Part shown: in pieces, positions 12,183 through 25,010 of the stretch
Layout of the letters: the number at the start of each line of letters is the position of its first letter
Numbering within the stretch: the stretch's first letter is position 1
Source: Mobula hypostoma
Taxonomy: Eukaryota
Assembly: GCF_963921235.1 (NCBI RefSeq)
Contig: NC_086097.1
Span: 61,816,001-61,880,000, forward strand
Direction: 5' to 3'
DNA: 64,000 nucleotides
Made by a program: the position numbers and the translations under genes
The notes under the pieces: generated by a model
Told to the model about the DNA's origin: nothing
What the model saw: the letters and a program-made list of their open reading frames with translations, nothing else
The model's database searches: none

Positions 12183-13943
12183 ATTATGTTACTTATGTGT
12201 AACTCTAAATATTCTAACAAGGAATGCATCTGGTTTGATTTGAAGAAAGGAAAGATTTCAAAGGAAGAATGGAACTTCTTAGTAAACAAATGTTGTACTA
12301 ACTTTAATTCAAACTGCTTTTTATATGCTGTCAATACACAGAGCACCAGAACCATTTCTCTCTCATTTAATAAGCCCTTTAGTTTATGAATAGTTTTTCC
12401 TAAATTCTAATGTACTTCTTTATTTTTCTATAAATACCTGCAAGAAAATGAATCTTAATGTAGCATATGGAAACCTATACATGTACTTTGATCATAAATT
12501 TGCTTTGAACTTTAAACGTTAATATTAATACTGATGCCACATGACGAGTTAAATATTTCCAGTGTATTTTGTTTCAGATTTTCAGAAGTCCATTGTTTTC
12601 AGTAAAGCATATAATTTTGGACTGTCAGAGTCACAACTTGAACCCATGGAGGAATAAATAAATATTTTCTTAACATTTGGAAAATGTGAAATGCAGTATA
12701 AATTCAGCCCTACACGTTTAAATAATCTGAAGGAAGCATGCCACTGTGGAGTGATTCAGAACTCTGTGCTCTCTTTTGAACCTATGAAGTATAGGTTGAA
12801 TGGAATATTTATAATTTTTAAATGAACTGCTTAATGAGATCCTTTCGTGCACAGTCTTTTGTTGCAACATTTAAGATACTTAGTGACAAAATTACCTACT
12901 TCATCAATGTCAATGTGATGCATTAATTTTACAGTAGGAAATTATCAGTAGATAAAGGCTTAATGTGTATTGCTACTAATTCACCTAAAACTCCTGGTTA
13001 AAGATAGCACTCATAATTAATGATACTGACTGTGGTGTCAATTAAAATGGAAATTTTCATTTAGCATTCTTTTTACAGGTTTACTTCTATTCCATTCTGT
13101 TAACATTCACATTTATAACCACTAAGTGAACTGCAAAGGATGAAAGGTAATTATTCACACTCTGGTATTAAGGCCATAGATTATAAAGCCGGGACAAAGT
13201 TTGTATTGTTGATGGCAAAAGAAAACATCAAACAAGACATTTAACCAACCTTTGTCATAAATCCAGTCCAGCTGAGCTGATTTGAGAGTGAGGTTGATAC
13301 ATCTCAGAAAAGGGAATAGAAATTCATAAGATTTAGAAAAGCAAAGTAACAGCAGGGAAGCTGCAAACTACACCATCTTGAGCCTTTTCCAGATTTGGTT
13401 AAAACTGGCTTAAGTTATTTTGTCAACAGTTTTGCTAAATTGTGTGACCAAAGACTTTCTTGAGTTCAGGGTACAGGAAGCTGAGATTGAAAACTGGGAA
13501 AAATGCAAATTCGTGTGTGATTCTATTTAACTCTATCCCATTGACCAGCATCTTGAATTCAAGGGCATTAGGCAGCTAGAATGTACCATACAGGGTAGAG
13601 AAAGGTTGTATATACAGGGCTGGAATGAATTCCAATCCGTACACTCCACCATAGCAGCTGGAATTATGTTGGAGGTTGTATGTTGGTCCAATGACCTTCT
13701 CTCCTGTGTCTGGAATTGCCATGCTCCAACAGTCACTCCAGAATGTACTAAACTGAGTGGCTGGAAATACTTTGTGTCTCACCCATCTACATTACTCTGC
13801 CTAAAGTCAACAATTGTGCTTTGCTCCTGAGAAAACCAAACTAACGTTCCATAGAAAGTCAGATGTCTAAAGGCACAGTAATGGTCTTCAGTTATTTTCT
13901 GAGACATTACACAAAATGCTTACAGCATATTTTTGAAACACGT

Positions 13944-14200
13944 TGTTGTGTATTTAATATTACAGTAATATTTGAGTAATATTGTAAATATATTGTTTAT
14001 ATATATAAATACGTTGACGAAGCATTCTTTGTTTGTTTATGTAGTTCATTACAGGTTATATGTAAGAGGATCTTGAATGGCGTAGGTCACTAGCCACCAT
14101 GTCATATGGGAGCACATCACTGAAGAAAAGGAAAGTACTGTAGAACTAGTAGACACTTATCTCCCGGCTACTGCCTTTTTCTTTTGTTTTTAAAAAAAAC
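13944..14200 (+). mobile_element. Isolated Gypsy LTR (family of 19928-24464 and 58175-60586)
   Basis: tgttgtgtatttaatattacagtaatatttgagtaatattg is nearly identical to the LTR start at 19928. Confidence 0.7.
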
Positions 14201-15694
14201 ATACCTTTTCAGTGCCTAAAGTTTATTCCAAGGAACTGATTTGTCTCTCTTGATGTCAAATGTAGAACATCTCTTTCACGCTTCATAAAGGTTAACTCAG
14301 TCCATAGTTTGAGTAGTACTCCCAAAACCTGCCATGTATTGTTGTCAAATTGGGCACAATTTGAGAAGATGTTAATTGAGAGCTAGATAATTCCTCACGT
14401 CTGATCTCTATTGCAACTTTTCTGAGCTCCACCTAGTCAAGTTTAGTGTTAACCTGGATTTACTTCAGGGTCCTTTCAAATAAATAAAATTAATGATCTT
14501 GTTTTTTTTCCCCAAAGACCCAAAATCTCCTTGTTACATTGAAAGGAATTACACATGCTAAATTATGTTTTAATAAGGAAAACAAAACAATAAATTAAAT
14601 ACCATGTTATTTAATCTTGGCGATCTTACAGAACATTTCATATCTGTGACTATCAGTGACTATTCGGCTGATACATGTTAACATTGCTGGAATTGGATTA
14701 TTGAATTAGCAGGAAGTCTAAACAATGTTTCCAACGGACTTGTGCATTATTGATGGGGTTAAGAACAGAATACAATTAGGCTCAAAATTCAATTGCTACT
14801 AAATTTGACTAAGAAGAAATCAATTTTTTTGAGAGGAACTGATCATACTATACAGCATTTGACAGTAAGAAGTGCTTTTAATAATATCTGCAAGCAGAGT
14901 TGTTTTAACTAATGTTTTATGCTGATGTCAAACTATGCTTTGCCAAGTGCTTCTAATGGACCTTTAATGGCCAGTTAATACTATTCTGAAAGATCAGCAT
15001 TCTGCAGTAAATATAAATAAGGTATGAGTGGGGTCGGACAAGTTGGCCATGGAAATGGCACCAAAGTCACCAGCGCTTTCAGAGTTGTATCTTTCTCCAT
15101 CACAGTTTAAATCTGTTAGCTTGCCTATCTGCAATAAGGAGAGCTACAGTATGTGTCTCTAGAAAACAACTTCAAGTCATTAGCTGAATTCCAACAGGAG
15201 AATGGAGATAACCCCCTGCTAATTCAGCCTGTGGAAACCAAACGGAACTTGCACTTCAAGAACAGAACTTTAGGCTCATTTTTATCTCAGGCAGTAGTTG
15301 GCAGTAGTAGTCAAGCAATCAGCAGCTTGATCCATCACAGATTAAAATTCTGGTCTCTATTTTAATATGTCCAGGAATTCGGCAATGCCCCTATATTTTC
15401 TATGTAATCCCTACTGAGCCACTCAAGGTCTATTTAAAGCAGAAGTGTACCCTCAGTTAGACACTGAATCTTTTCAGTTAGAGACTGCCAAACATGTTTC
15501 ATCAGAGGGACTAGTCATAGACCTGACCCCACATGCATGGAGAAAGATGGACAGAGGACCCTTCCCCAGCACCTCCAAAGCCAGTTTGCAGTATCCCTGG
15601 ATGCTGACATGACTCTACACTATCCACGAGCTTCTGTTGCACCAAAAACTGATTTCACTCCTTTTAGTCATCGACAAATTAATGCAAACAATAT

Positions 15695-16024
15695 ATAGAA
15701 ACATAGAAACATAGAAAATAGGTGCAGGAGTAGGCCATTCAGCCCTTCGAGCCTGCACCGCCATTCAGTATGATCATGGCTGATCATCCAACTGAGAACC
15801 CTGCACCAGCCTTCCCTCCATACCCCCTGATCCCTTTAGCCACAAGGGCCATATCTAACTCCCTCTTAAATATAGCCAATGAACTGGCCTCAACTGTTTC
15901 CTGTGGCAGAGAATTCCACAGATTCACCACTCTCTGTGTGAAGAAGTTTTTCCTAATCTCGGTCCTAAAAGGCTTCCCCTTTATCCTCAAACTGTGACCC
16001 CTCGTTCTGGACTTCCCCAACATC
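15695..16024 (-). mobile_element. Young CR1 3' fragment
   Basis: Minus ORF LGKSRTRGHSLRIKGKPF.. is almost identical to the 3' ends at 26600-26927 and 39070-39399; (atagaaac)n tail. Confidence 0.95.
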
Positions 16025-16379
16025 GAAGTGCACGTCCATGTGTACAGTCAAATACTCTGTCTTGTAAAAGGAAACCACATTTAAGAAAGTGAGTTTCTCT
16101 TTTCAGAGTCCTCCAGAATGTCAGGATCTGAATCTTCAAAGCAGCCAAACAGGATGATGGAAAAACAGCTTTTATCTTCTATGTTTATCCATTCAAAAGT
16201 CAGACAAGCTGCTACCCATGTTTTGGGGACCCTAGGACCTTCATAGAGGTTGTGTAGCATCCGAAGATTAAACTCTGTGACAGATGTGTAAGTCTAAGGA
16301 CAATGATAAATAGTGTGGAAAAGCTTATTTTGAATGTGAGCTCATTTTTCTCATTACATGGTAGTAATTCGGTACTTCT

Positions 16380-16880
16380 TGTTATGATCGTGAACAAAGT
16401 CACCAGAGAGACACTAAAGCTGGTGATATAGAAGACTTTATCCATCACAACAAGCAGGCATCTCTGACGAGACACTCGTACATCACAGTTTTATACCGTT
16501 AAGATGAAAGATGACTCAATGCAGTTTCAATAGTTGCAATAACATCATTTACTTCAATATGTTTTGGGTCGAGAATGCTTCCATTGAATTATATACCTAC
16601 ATTGGGAAATTCCTCTGAATGTTCAAATAACTTTGCTGGGACAAACTAATTGCAAGCTTTCTGAATTTATTTATACTTGCAATGGTACAAATTCCTTAAA
16701 CCCATAGTTGATGCAGGGCAATGTACATGTCCCCATTGTTTTAATGTTTGGCTGATACATATGCAATCTATGGGCCAGTTTTACTACAAATTATTGCTTG
16801 CAATTTATAATTCACATTAAGAACTGGAGACTGTTTCTTGTTTGAATTAATATCTGCTATATTCACATAACTTCATAACA
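16380..16880 (-). mobile_element. 3' LTR of an ERV-like element
   Basis: 501 bp bounded by 8-bp inverted termini TGTTATGA...TCATAACA; minus-strand polypurine tract AAGAGGGAA (16881-16889) directly precedes it. Confidence 0.75.
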
Positions 16881-18635
16881 TTCCCTCTTAGCCCCTGGAC
16901 ATACATGTGTCTCAGGAAGGCTAAACTTAAGGGAGGATCTGATTAAGTGGGACAGCAAAAATGCCCTTCATTTCAGATCCCTTCCCCAACTACTAGCCTA
17001 TCATATCCCAATGTGTACCTACATCCACACCATCTGTCATCCTTAATTGGCTAATTGAGTAAGCAAGGGTGCCAAACATTCCAGAAATTCGATCACATCT
17101 TCTCCTTGGATACTCCTGTCCTCTTAATATTAACTGTTTTTTGTCATTCATGTGCCTGTTAGCTTCTTCCTTATTGGCCCTTTGCAGTTTTCATATCCTT
17201 ATCTTCGCCACGTCAGTCTCTAATAACTGAAACTATCTGTGGCCAGGAGGTACCAGCAAGATAACTTTGTTTCAGGTTCATAGGCAACAGTTCACATTCC
17301 ATACCATGACAGGTGATTGTCAGAATAATCCGACAAGCAGCCTCTTAGTCCCTTTGGTCGATGTGCAAGAGGGTTTGGGGCAGTCTTTATTTGAATGGCT
17401 GCAAGAACTTTAGCTTGGTGGCACACCCTCCTGTAGTGTTCTTTCGATCACTAGCCCAACCACTGAAAGAGCCCAGCTCATATGTGTTCCCTCCCATTCA
17501 GGCTGGGGCGGCTATCTTCAGACACATTGTGCAATTCTCTTTCTCATTCTGCCTTGCCATCAAAGTTGTGGAACTTGAAGTCTGCCGTATCTCAGATTCC
17601 TTCCCATCTATTTTTCCAATATCTTTCTATTTTTATATATATAACCAGTCATCTATCTCCCAGAATCAGCTTTCATCACACAGTTACCATTACACTTTAA
17701 TATGCTGTTCATGGTTTGCTGACGTGATCACTCTGTGTCTGAATTCACTTTCACATTCTCTTTTATCTGCAGACCTGCTTCATCGGAAGTGGTCAGATAT
17801 GAAGCAGCAGGCTGATGTTCATCACTTAAATTGCATGTAATGACATGGTTACTGGGTAGAATTGATCCCTTATTCTGTCTGTGAGGGTGACAGGAAGGTG
17901 AGTCATACTGTTTAACCAGGCTTTGCTTTGCTGGGTCTGCACACAAACAAAGGTGTCATTTGTCAGAACCAATATCTGTGGTCCTATCCACCTCCGAGTG
18001 AGCCCTGCCTTTTCAGACAGCTCAGTGACATGACTTGGTTACCCACCTGTGGGAGGATTAGGATTATCTTCTTTCCCTCTGGCAATATGTTGCTGTTGTT
18101 TTGCTCTATGCTACATCATGTTAATCTGGATACAATGGTCCTACAAATTTCAATATATTCTTACTAAGTTGGCTCCTATAGTTTCTTTCTCTACACATTC
18201 AATTCCTGTCGACTCATGCTCCTTTTCTCTCTTTGCCCCATAATCTGAACACCCATTCCCTTTCCTCACCTTTCTCTCCCCTTTCTGGTGTGTCTTTGAT
18301 GTCTGCACGCAGCTGCACTGCTCCTAATGGTTCTTGACTCTGTTTGAACTCCTGACATGATTCACGTACAGTGCCCATCTCCTGTCCCTGCTTAGTCTGC
18401 TGTCGCTCAGTGGGCCATATTGTCTGCTCTGGGGATCACACAAGGTTGCTGCCCTTGTCCTGTCCATGTGATTTCTTCCTTTCCTGCCTTATAATGTGTC
18501 TATCCCAAGGAGTACTCCCTTATTGTTTGGAGACACCTTAAAATCTGCAGGAAGCTGCATTTCCTCAATCTCAAGCATCTGAGGCTCATTTCTCTCTCTG
18601 CACTCATAGTTTCACCCCCTGCACTGGTAATGTTC
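16881..18635 (-). mobile_element. ERV-like internal relic: protease C-half, integrase C-terminal domain, env-like region
   Basis: Minus translations FKVSPNNKGVLLGIDTL (~18500), QVGNQVM...RRWIGPQILVLTNDTFVCVQ..KAWL (~17900-18050; retroviral IN CTD RWxGP motif) and ARQNEKENCTMCLK (~17520-17560; CxxC). Confidence 0.6.
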
Positions 18636-19775
18636 ACAGTTCACAGGAAATTTATTATCAAGCTACATATGTCATGATATACAACCCTGAGATTCATTTT
18701 CTTACAGATCTACTCAGCAAATCCAATAGCCATAATAAAATCAATGGAAGCCCATACCCAATGGAGCAGGAAACCAATGTGCAAAAGATAGCAAACTGTG
18801 CAAATACAAAAGAAAAAAAATCATAATAAGTAAATAAGCAATAAATATTAATTGCATGAGATGAAGAATTCTTGAAAGTGAGTCCATAGCAGATGGAACA
18901 GTAGATGCTCTTAATGGTGGGGAGGGCTTTACCCATGATGGACTGGGATGAATCTGGTACACTTTGTAGGATTTTCCATTCAAGGGCATTGGTATTTCTA
19001 TACCAGTTTGCAATGGGTCCAGTCAATATACACTCTACTACACATCTATAGAGGTTTGACAAAGTTTTAGATGTCATGCTGAATCTTGCAAACTCCTAAG
19101 GAAGTGGAGGCACTGCTGTGGTTTTTTTGTACATACACTTACGTGTGAGGCCCAGCACAGGTCCTCTGAAATGATAACATTGAGGAATTTAAAGTTGCTG
19201 ACTCTCTCCACCTCTGATTCTCCAATGAGGACTGGCTCATGGACTCTGGTTTCCTCGTCCTGAAGTCAATAATCAGCTTCGTGGTTTTGCTGGCATTGTG
19301 TAAAAGTTGTCGTGATAACACAGCCAAGTTTTCAAACTTCATCCTATATGCTGACTTATTACCACCAATGACAATGACAATGACAATGGTGCCATCATCA
19401 AACTGAAGTATGGCATTGTAGCTGTGTTTAACCACATAGTCAAAAGTGTAGAGTGAGTAAAGCAGGGAAATAAGCACCCAGTCTGTGGTGCACCTGTGCT
19501 GATGTAGATTGTGGAGGAGATCTTGTTGCCATTCTGAACTGACCAGGATCTGCAAGTGAAGATATCGAGGATGCAATTGCTCAAGGAAGGATTGAGGCCA
19601 ATGTCTTGAAGCTTATTGATTAGTTTTGAGGGGATGCCAGTATCGAACGTCGAGTTGTAGTTGATAAAGAGCATCCTGATGTATGCATCTTTGCTGTCCA
19701 GAATTTCTAGGGTTAAGTGAAGAGACAATGAAGTGGTATTTTCTGTGGACTTGTTGTGCCGGTAGGCAAATTGGA
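18636..19775 (-). mobile_element. Rex1/Babar LINE, 5'-truncated
   Basis: QFAYR, YIRMLFINYNSTFD, STGAPQ and TTKLIIDFR motifs, then a 3' UTR; inserted inside the ERV-like protease. Confidence 0.85.
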
Positions 19776-19927
19776 CTGTTTAGTCTGGAAATCGCATGTG
19801 AGCTGGCTTTCTTGAGATTATACCTGGACTTCTCCATGGTAATGTAAATTGCTCTCCAGTTTGGCAAGGATAGATCAGTTATCAATACTGAAGACCCTTT
19901 GTCCACTAAAATATCGCTTTGCTGAAG
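19776..19927 (-). pseudogene. ERV-like aspartic protease N-half
   Basis: Minus frame SDILVDKGSSVLITDLSLP matches the LVDTG active-site motif with T>K. Confidence 0.65.
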
Positions 19928-22900
19928 TGTTGTACATTTAATATTTCAGTAATATTTGAGTAATATTGAAAATATATTATTTCTTTAAGCATTCTTTATT
20001 GTTTACATAATGCATTGTGGGTTATAGGCAAAAGTACATAAATGGCATATGTCATTACACTGTCATGTGATACTCACTTCTCTTGAGCTCCCGTCCTTTT
20101 CTTATAACTATCTTTACATTTCAGAGTTACAAAGTATAACAGTGGCGATGAGATATTTTAAACATGAAACCAAGGTGACTATCTACCTGTTAACGTGCAC
20201 TGAGTTGCTTGAGTTAAAAAGAAAGTGCCAAACAGTTGAGCAAAAGAAAAGCAGTACACCACATGTCTCTGCAGAAAAGGAGACAAAGGCGATTGAGTTA
20301 AGAAAAGGAAGAACATGAAATAATTCACAGGCTCTTTAACAGTGAGTACCAGCTTATAGTAATCATAAAATAAGAGCATAAATAACTGACTACATTGGAA
20401 AGATTGATGCATTTGATTACGCAACAGATAACTGGATTGTGGATATAGCAGATTGAGAGATATTTCAACGTAAATGGAACATACAATGACAAGCACATGC
20501 AATTTTGCTGTGTGCGTTGAATTTGAAGGCAGAAAGTTTGCTTAGAAGTCTAGCTGCTCCAATTAAGCTAGCTGAAATGAACTTTGTTGATATCATTGTA
20601 AGGGGGTTTCTTCTTTTATGTTACTGCGCAGGCTAACTAAAATGACTTCTTTGTTATGGTAGAATTGAAATGGCTTCTTTGTTATGTTAACTGCTGAGAA
20701 AGTCCTCCTGCTAGCAGTTTGTCTGGACTATGTTACTGATAAGAGAAAGAACAAACCAATTCGGATTGATGTTATTCTTTCTGTGTATCTGTAAGTTATT
20801 GTGATGCACGGGTTTTTGGACAGAAGGCGGAAGAGAGAGACAGAGGATGGACAAGGTGCTGTGAGTCCACTAATGGGGTTGGACCCTATGCAGGAGTCCG
20901 AGGTCCAAGGTGTTCGGCGAGGAGAGGAGATGGAGACGGACTTATGTGGAGTGTCTGGTCGACCACCGTTGTCGGTCCCAGGCGGCAGGTCGAGGTGGTC
21001 TGAGGGCAGATGCAGGGTGAAGAAGGAGGGTCCTGAGCTCCAACTGTTTGTGCATGTAGAGATTGAACTTTGGTAAGAGTGGCGCCTTTTATTTTCCTTT
21101 TATATTTTATCTCTATTAATTATATAGTTCCAGTAATATCTATAAACTGTAATTCATTTAATCGTATCCGGTGTATCGTCTGTTATTTGGGTGGGGTGGG
21201 GTACATCACACAGCATCCACACAAACTAATTACTCATTTTGGCGGAGCCGAGGGCTGTTTCCCTAGATGACAGCGAGCTGAGCAACCCTGAGGCTTGCCA
21301 GAGGGGCTACATCAAGAAAGTAATGCAGGGACATTTAAAATCAAAAACATTGCTAATTGCAGAACTCTTTAAGTCTCATTAGGAGGATCAAAATCAAGGG
21401 GAGTCCAGTTCAGCGTAGTTGTCTAAGTATTGTCAGTTCTGAAATGGGCTTAAGATGCACTTACAAGAAATATTACAAGAAAGCATTCAAAGCAGCTCCT
21501 GACCGAAGCACAACTTGCATTTAAATATGTTGCATTACATTGAGATGGAGACAGCAGAAAGACACACAATTGCATTGCAGCCAGGAATGAAAGTGAGCAT
21601 GAATAAAACGGCAAAGTCTAAACAGATATGTGCCTGGCCAAAGCAAATTGTATCACTACTGTGGCAGGGGCTTACATTCACAAATTCACAAGGACAATGC
21701 AGATTTAATATTGAAACTTGCAGAAAACTAACCTGCATGTTGTTGATGAAAACTCTGATAATGATGAGAGTGATCATAGAACTACATAGCCTTGAGATCT
21801 ACAATGTGAAAACTAACAACAGGCAAGCATATGGTTTACAACAGAAGCATATTAATTCAAATTAAACTGGACACTTGTTTAGTTGTTTCAGTCATTCCAC
21901 AAAATGAGCTTGAACAGCATTTCAAAGATACTGAAGATATCCAACTAAGAACATGCACTGGAGAAAAGATAACTCCTGTGGGAATGACATTTATAACAGT
22001 GAAATACAGTGGCTAACAAGTTACATTGGGCTTGTATGTGGTAAAAGCAGGAACACAAGCATTGTGAAGTCATGATTGGCTGATACAACTACAATTTGAT
22101 TGAAGATCCATCCATATTTTCATGCCACACTCCCTACAAGAGAGCCAACTGAAAGCCAACTAAGAAAGGTACTGGGTGATGAAAGATGGCATTGGCAAAC
22201 TCAAACATATCGAGGGTAAAATAGTGTGAAATGAAAATGCCACACCCAAGATTTACAAAGCTAGTTCGGTTCCTTATCTCATCCGTGAAAAAGCAGCCAG
22301 TGAGCTAGAATGCATGGAGGGTGAAGGAATTCTTTCCAAGATTGGGTGGAGCCCATAAGCAATGCCAATGGCCCCAGTAGCCAAGAGGCATGGGTGTGTC
22401 GTGATCTGTGTGATTTTAAGGTCATTATCAACCGTGTATTAAAAGTAGATCAATACCTCTGCTCAGGAAGGAGAATATCATTGCAAGCTTTTTTGGAGGA
22501 AGGCACTTAAATAAAATAGACCTAGCTGAAGCCAATCTACAGATGGAGATGGAAGAAGAATCCAAAGTGTTTCTCACCATAATCACTCACAGAGGGCTTC
22601 ATCGTTATAATAGGCTTATTTTTGAACTAGCATCTGCACTTACACTCTGGCAGAAAGCTATGGACTGGATGCTGTGAGGCTGCTCATGTAGTCAATGTTA
22701 CCTGGATGACAAAGAACATCTCCAAAACCTGAAGATAGCATTAAAAAGATTAGAGCAACAAGGGCTCATAGCAAGATGCAACAAGTTTGATTTGTTGAAA
22801 CCAAGCATCACTTATTGTGTTAGACTATTGACGCACAAACATTAGACAAGTCTGCAGAGAAAATTCAAACAGAGGCGGATACCCCAAGGTCAAAGCATTT

Positions 22901-24464
22901 GTCACAGTTGTGGTCCTTTTTAGGATTTGTCAATGACTATAACAGGTTCCTGCCAAACACGGCTATTGTGCTCAGCTCCTTGAACTCATTACTATAGACT
23001 GGGAAGAAATGGCAATGGAAAAAGCAGCGTGTGGTGGCTTACCAAAGGCAAAGGAAATAGTGACATCAGACGCTGTACTCACACATTATGATCCACATCA
23101 TCCAGTGAAGCTTGCCTGTGTCATCTCAACTTATGGTATAGGTGCAGTCATGTCACAGGTTATGAGTGATGGAAGTCCCATAGCCTTTGCATCAATTTCC
23201 CTTACCACTACAAAGAAAAATATGCACTGATTGACAGAGAGGCCTTAAGTCTGGTTTTGGCTATAAGGCATTTCAACCAGTACTTGTATGGGTGATCACA
23301 ACCAATAATGCCCATTTTCAATCTAGAGAAGGGTGTTCCGCTAACAGCAGCCAGTCTACTGCAGAGATTGGCTTTGTTTCCCGGAGGACACAATTACAAG
23401 ATCAAATTCAAGTGACAACTAATCATGGAAACGCTGATGGACTGATTTTGGAAAACAAAATAGCTGAAAAATTTACTGAAAGGGACACTCCTCCTGATGA
23501 ATTCTCTATAACGCAAACCAAGTGTCTTCCTGTTAAGGTAGGGATAATCCAAAGGGAAACCAGAAAAGACTCCACACTGTCTCAGGTCTACCTGGCCACC
23601 AAAATGGCTGAAATTAGCAACAGAAATCCCAGTTCCCTAATTTTTACTGGTGCTGGGATGAACTTACCATTGATGTCTGTTGTTTAACAGCTGAAACAAA
23701 ATGAAGGTTCCTCAAGCATGGAAGTTTGATGTTTTACTCCTGGACACGCAGTCCTGGTGAGGGACTACACAGGTAATCAAACATTGGTGCTCAATAAGAT
23801 TATGGACAGAACTGAACCACTCTCCTGCAAGGTGGAGAATGCATCTGAAGTCTTCTGCCCAAATATCATCTGCAGATGGCACATTGATCAGCTGAGGGGA
23901 GCAGAATCAATTCTTAGAGAAGAAAGGTGTCCAGGGCCGTCAGTACCACTTCCTGCAGTCCCAGAGTCAACCACCACAGAAGGAGCCCTAGAACCTGAGA
24001 TTGTTTCACAGACACAAGTCTCACCTGTCAAGTAGGTGACCTCTCTTGTTAGGAAAGACATATTATCTCATAGGAATAAGAAAGCCTCCATAGAGACTAA
24101 ATATTCAGGCCTGAATGGTACAATTTAAAATTTACTATGCTGTGGATGTCAGTATATTAGTATATTAGTTGTATGATATAATATACTGTGTATGTAGTTG
24201 AGATGCATTCTATATTGAGTTGGAGTATAAAGCTAAGCAAGGAAAAGTATCAGCAATATTCTCAGTAATATTGTCTGATTAAGCACTCTTTGTTGTTTGG
24301 ATAATGCATTGTGGGTCATATGTAAAAGTACACAAATGGCATACGTCATTATACCACTGCATTATACATATACACCTCACTTAAAGTAAAAATGAACTTA
24401 GACTTCTGAGCACCCATCTATTTCTTGCAATTAGCTTTATGTTTTGGAATTACAAAACATAACA
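19928..24464 (+). mobile_element. Decayed Gypsy LTR retrotransposon with both LTRs
   Basis: 5' LTR 19928-20141 (TG..CA); PBS TGGCGATGAG 20143-20152 (tRNA-Ser(GCT)-like); decayed gag, PR (IKLDT), RT (YLDD), RNase H (VLTHYDP..LAC; NHGNADGL); 3' LTR ~24248-24464 after a purine tract. Confidence 0.9.
20597..21311 (+). mobile_element. Solo LTR nested in Gypsy gag
   Basis: TGTAAG..GCTACA; reverse-complement match to the LTR at 37110-37780; near-TSD tcat/tcaa; flanks rejoin as gag sequence like 58780. Confidence 0.9.
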
Positions 24465-25010
24465 CCAACTCCCTGATAAACTATTTATTTGCATTCATGT
24501 TTGACCAGTACTGGCAATGGAGGCTACCAGTTGAAATTTCTATGATCTGGATTCTGACCTCACTAGCTCTATAATCTGATCAGCAGTCAAATCACCCATT
24601 GTTTTCACACCTTCCTCCCTTTTTAGGACACTACCTCTAACTGTGGCCCGATAGGGCACAGCTGTAGCGTAACATCTCCTCTACCAAGTTATGCCCAGTC
24701 CAACAGTTCCTTGCTAGGTGCCCTGGTTATTGGCAGACAAAACAAATCTTCTCTGTCTTCACAGCAGCTACATCCACTACAACCACTTTATGACTTCCCT
24801 TCCCCCTCCCCTGGTCTATCTCTCAGGCCCTTGATACCATCACGGAGTAGGTTGACCCCACTGCTATCTTCAAATCTAACACTTCCTGATAGGCTCTGCT
24901 TAGGCCTTCATTCAGCATTTTCAGGAAAAATGGATCATTCCTCCTCGGATTATCCAACCCTGATTGCCCCTCAGATGCTTATTAGCTCTCTGAACTACTG
25001 ACATTAATTA
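24465..25010 (-). pseudogene. ERV-like gag C-terminus with two CCHC zinc knuckles and terminal TAG
   Basis: One minus frame reads DNPRRNDPFFLKMLNEGLSRAYQEVL...CFVCQ*PGHLARNC (24703-24744) and RYSCALSGHS*R*C (24628-24669); after a frameshift, LTADQIIELVRSESRS-TAG (24540-24542). Confidence 0.7.

Noticed and set aside
16107..16287. Strong acceptor (tttctcttttcag) and GTAAGT donor suggesting an exon
   Set aside because: All three frames contain stops and no protein is recognisable; it could only be a UTR or non-coding exon
17361..17840. 159-aa + strand ORF
   Set aside because: Antisense to the ERV-like env region, with no motif
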